A DNA stretch of 63,460 nt, filler included, from Intoshia linei (taxonomy: Eukaryota > Animalia > Orthonectida), in the NCBI GenBank assembly GCA_001642005.1. It is 8 parts of 8 records of this genome, joined end to end, with 100 filler letters (N's around TTAATTAATTAA, not from the genome) between each part and the next. Parts side by side here need not be neighbours in the genome. Positions count along the whole stretch, not along the records: positions 54,703 to 62,272 come from LWCA01001536.1; positions 62,373 to 63,460 come from LWCA01002792.1; 6 more parts are not named here. One strand, given 5' to 3'. Within the stretch, counting starts at the first letter, position 1, and each line of letters begins with the position of its first letter. Under the pieces are notes generated by a model. The model was not told where the DNA came from. It did not search any database and was given only the letters and a program-made list of their open reading frames with translations. Shown here in pieces: positions 60,902 through 63,460 of this stretch. Both the position numbers and the translations under genes were made by a program.

Positions 60902-62272
60902 TTAGGTTGACTGTTATGTACTACGTACAAACAGAACCTAGCTCTGCCGAGGGGACATTTTTATTATACCAAAAAAATAAATTCACGTTGAAATCTAACT
61001 AAAAATCCTACTATTCACTATTATCAATCCTTTAAAGGAGTGGTTCCCAAACTTGTTTCAGATGGAACCATCATATCACATTACTTTTTACTTTAAAGTA
61101 AATTATTCCATCTTAATTTTTTTGTTTGTTAACATTTGTGTAAATATTTTAAAAATAAAAGAAAAAAAATATAGGCAGTCGATTTTGTATCAGTCAAATA
61201 AATACACTAAAAGTCATAATACATGTTCAACAGTCAGATGTGATTATTAAATGTGAGATCCAATTAATCACTGACAATAAAAATGAATTTATATTTAAAT
61301 TTGGTGCCATAGAGTTAATCTCATTTTATTTGCATCAAATATGTTGTTATACAGACAGATAAGTTATAATAAAGTCAAGTCAGTCAAATGTATTTTTCGC
61401 AGTCAAATTTACAAATTAAAATAATTTATGATCATCATAAGTAGAGTAGACAAAAACGTACAAACAGCACCTAGCTCTGCCGAGAGAATTTTTATAAAAT
61501 AATAAATTCATGTTGAAAATTTAACTTAAAAATCCTACTATTAACTATTATCAATCCTTTAAATGAGTGGTTCCCAAATTTGTTTCAGGTGGAACCGTCA
61601 TATCACATTACTTTTTACTTTAAAGTGAATTATTAAATCTTAATTTTTTATTAACATTTGCTTAAAGAGTTTTAAAAACAATTGTTATCCCATTTTTTTA
61701 ATTTATTAGACAGAGTGGTGTATAATATTAAAAATAAAGTAAAAACAATCAAATCCTAAAAATTATCATAAATAGCATTAATTCCAGAAAAAATAAAATT
61801 ATAAAAACCTATTTTGTCATTTTCAATGTGATGATATATATTCAGAACCAATTTAATAAATACTTACAAATACCAATTGTGTATCAATAATTAATCGAAT
61901 CTTCACTTTATAAACATTTCAGTCGAATTTTACCATTAGTGCAAAGGGTTGTAATATAAACATGATTGATGTTAAAAATGTGTCCATACTTTTGGCCTTT
62001 TTTCTTGTGAATGTTATTTTTCTTTTTAGCATTTTCAAATTAAGTTAAATTAAGTTAAATTAAGTTAGTATCAAAACTTTTATAAATTCGTTGCTGTAGA
62101 TGTTCAAAATGTTTGGAAAATCAAAATTTGAAATTTAAAAATTGCGTAGCAATGAAAAAAATTGCGAAGGAATGAATTATATAAAATTTCACCCATATGT
62201 CTTGACTGGAAATGTGTGGACGTACAATCCACATTTTTTTTGAAATTGTAGGATCAATATTTACATTTTCAA
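60902..62272 (-). mobile_element. Two tandem Helitron family 3' portions (from about 60902 and 61455), cut by spacer
   Basis: Match to 925-1159 (rc), 5758-6400 and 11108-11440. Confidence 0.7.
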
Positions 62273-62544
62273 NNNNNNNNNNNNNNNNNNNNNNNNNNNN
62301 NNNNNNNNNNNNNNNNTTAATTAATTAANNNNNNNNNNNNNNNNNNNNNNNNNNNNNNNNNNNNNNNNNNNNACATTGTGTTTTGAAGCAAGAAAACGTT
62401 GTGTACTACGTTTGTCTTCATCAAACTGTAATTTTTTAGATACTAAGATATTTACAATATAAATTTTATATTTAATTTAATATAATTTCTGGACGATATT
62501 ACAAATCAATAAAGTTTAATATGTGACAACATTACACCTTCATC

Positions 62545-63020
62545 CTAAAAAGTAACATAGTCCTTAAATTTTCCAGGTATAACTGTGTGTCTTTTTTGTT
62601 TGAGAATATATAGAGGATTTTGTTTATTTTTATGAGGTAATAGAGGTTTAAATTTAGTATGGAATTTAGATTTTTGTACATGAGAATCATAGTTTCTCTT
62701 TACTCTAGAATTGTGAATTTTTTTATGAGATGTAATTGCCTCCTTTAAGGATAATCTATTAGCATTATCTCTATTTATATCGTAGCCTAGTACTATTTCA
62801 GCAGGAGACACACCGATTTTTTTAGATATGGTATATCTTGTGTTCATAAGTATATACGGTAATAATTCATCCTACTCATTGATTTCACTTAATGTTCGAA
62901 GGCGTTCACGTATGGTGCGGTTTTTTCGTTCAACTACCCCGTTTTCCCAATGTTGGTAAGGTGCCGAGAATTCACGTGTGATTTTGTACATGGTACATAA
63001 TTTTTCAATTATTTTACGTT
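62545..63020 (-). mobile_element. Ty3/Gypsy integrase (rve) relic
   Basis: KLCTMYKITREFSAPYQHWENGVVERKNRTIRERLR..*DELLPY..NTR..IGVSPAEIVLG. Confidence 0.85.
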
Positions 63021-63199
63021 GAATTTGATTATAATTATAATTATAATTTGATAAAATTTAAATGGTTAATAATTTATGATTATATTATTATAATTAAATT
63101 TATTTTAAGTCTTATATTTTACATCAAATTTGTATCACTTATTTACATAATTTTGTATTTATTTACATCAGGAATCATTTCAATTCATTTACATTTTCA

Positions 63200-63460
63200 T
63201 TTCAAGTTTGAATTTAATTAATGAAATAACAGGAATATTAAATTGAAATTTACAAATTTTAAACGTTTTTTAAACGCGTTCTACGTTTTGTAACGAAATT
63301 AGAAGCAGTAGAGAAATTTCTTTCACTAATGTAGTTACGTAGGTTTAACGGTCATAAGGGTTCCTTATATTTTTACCAATCTTGATGATAGCATTCCAGT
63401 TCGTAGCAACTCATAATATTTTTCAAAATAATATTGGAAAAAGAGGATAATTCCCTTAAG
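63200..63460 (-). mobile_element. hAT dimerisation-domain relic, paralogue of about 7860-8175
   Basis: Near-identical to the 7860-8175 block; ERNFSTASNFVTKRRTRL. Confidence 0.8.

Overview
A very AT-rich animal (metazoan) genomic window. It is built from eight pieces joined by artificial 100-nt spacers (44 N + TTAATTAATTAA + 44 N). Genes that run toward a spacer are cut off and do not resume on the other side, so the pieces behave like independent contigs. Many introns are only about 30-50 nt, and the larger introns are filled with DNA transposons. This style, with fast-evolving proteins, suggests a compact parasitic spiralian genome such as an orthonectid (inference only). Host genes reconstructed by hand-splicing: RABGGTA 3' end, a degenerate calmodulin-like gene 5' end, an intronless 670-aa protein with three tandem divergent forkhead domains, a small membrane protein, an intronless TAF5-like WD40 protein, a membrane-anchored ApeC (apextrin C-terminal) domain gene that may be damaged, V-ATPase B 5' part, KSR 5' part, a multi-tetrad annexin 3' part, a complete FBPase, RFC3 3' end and a large secreted LRR protein. 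Mobile DNA includes an abundant non-autonomous Helitron family and relics of Gypsy, mariner, TRT-like Tc1, Sailor-like, Tigger/pogo, hAT, Merlin, piggyBac and MULE elements. The most unusual item is the triple-forkhead protein at 3602-5614. All family assignments come from motif recognition by eye; no database searches were run.
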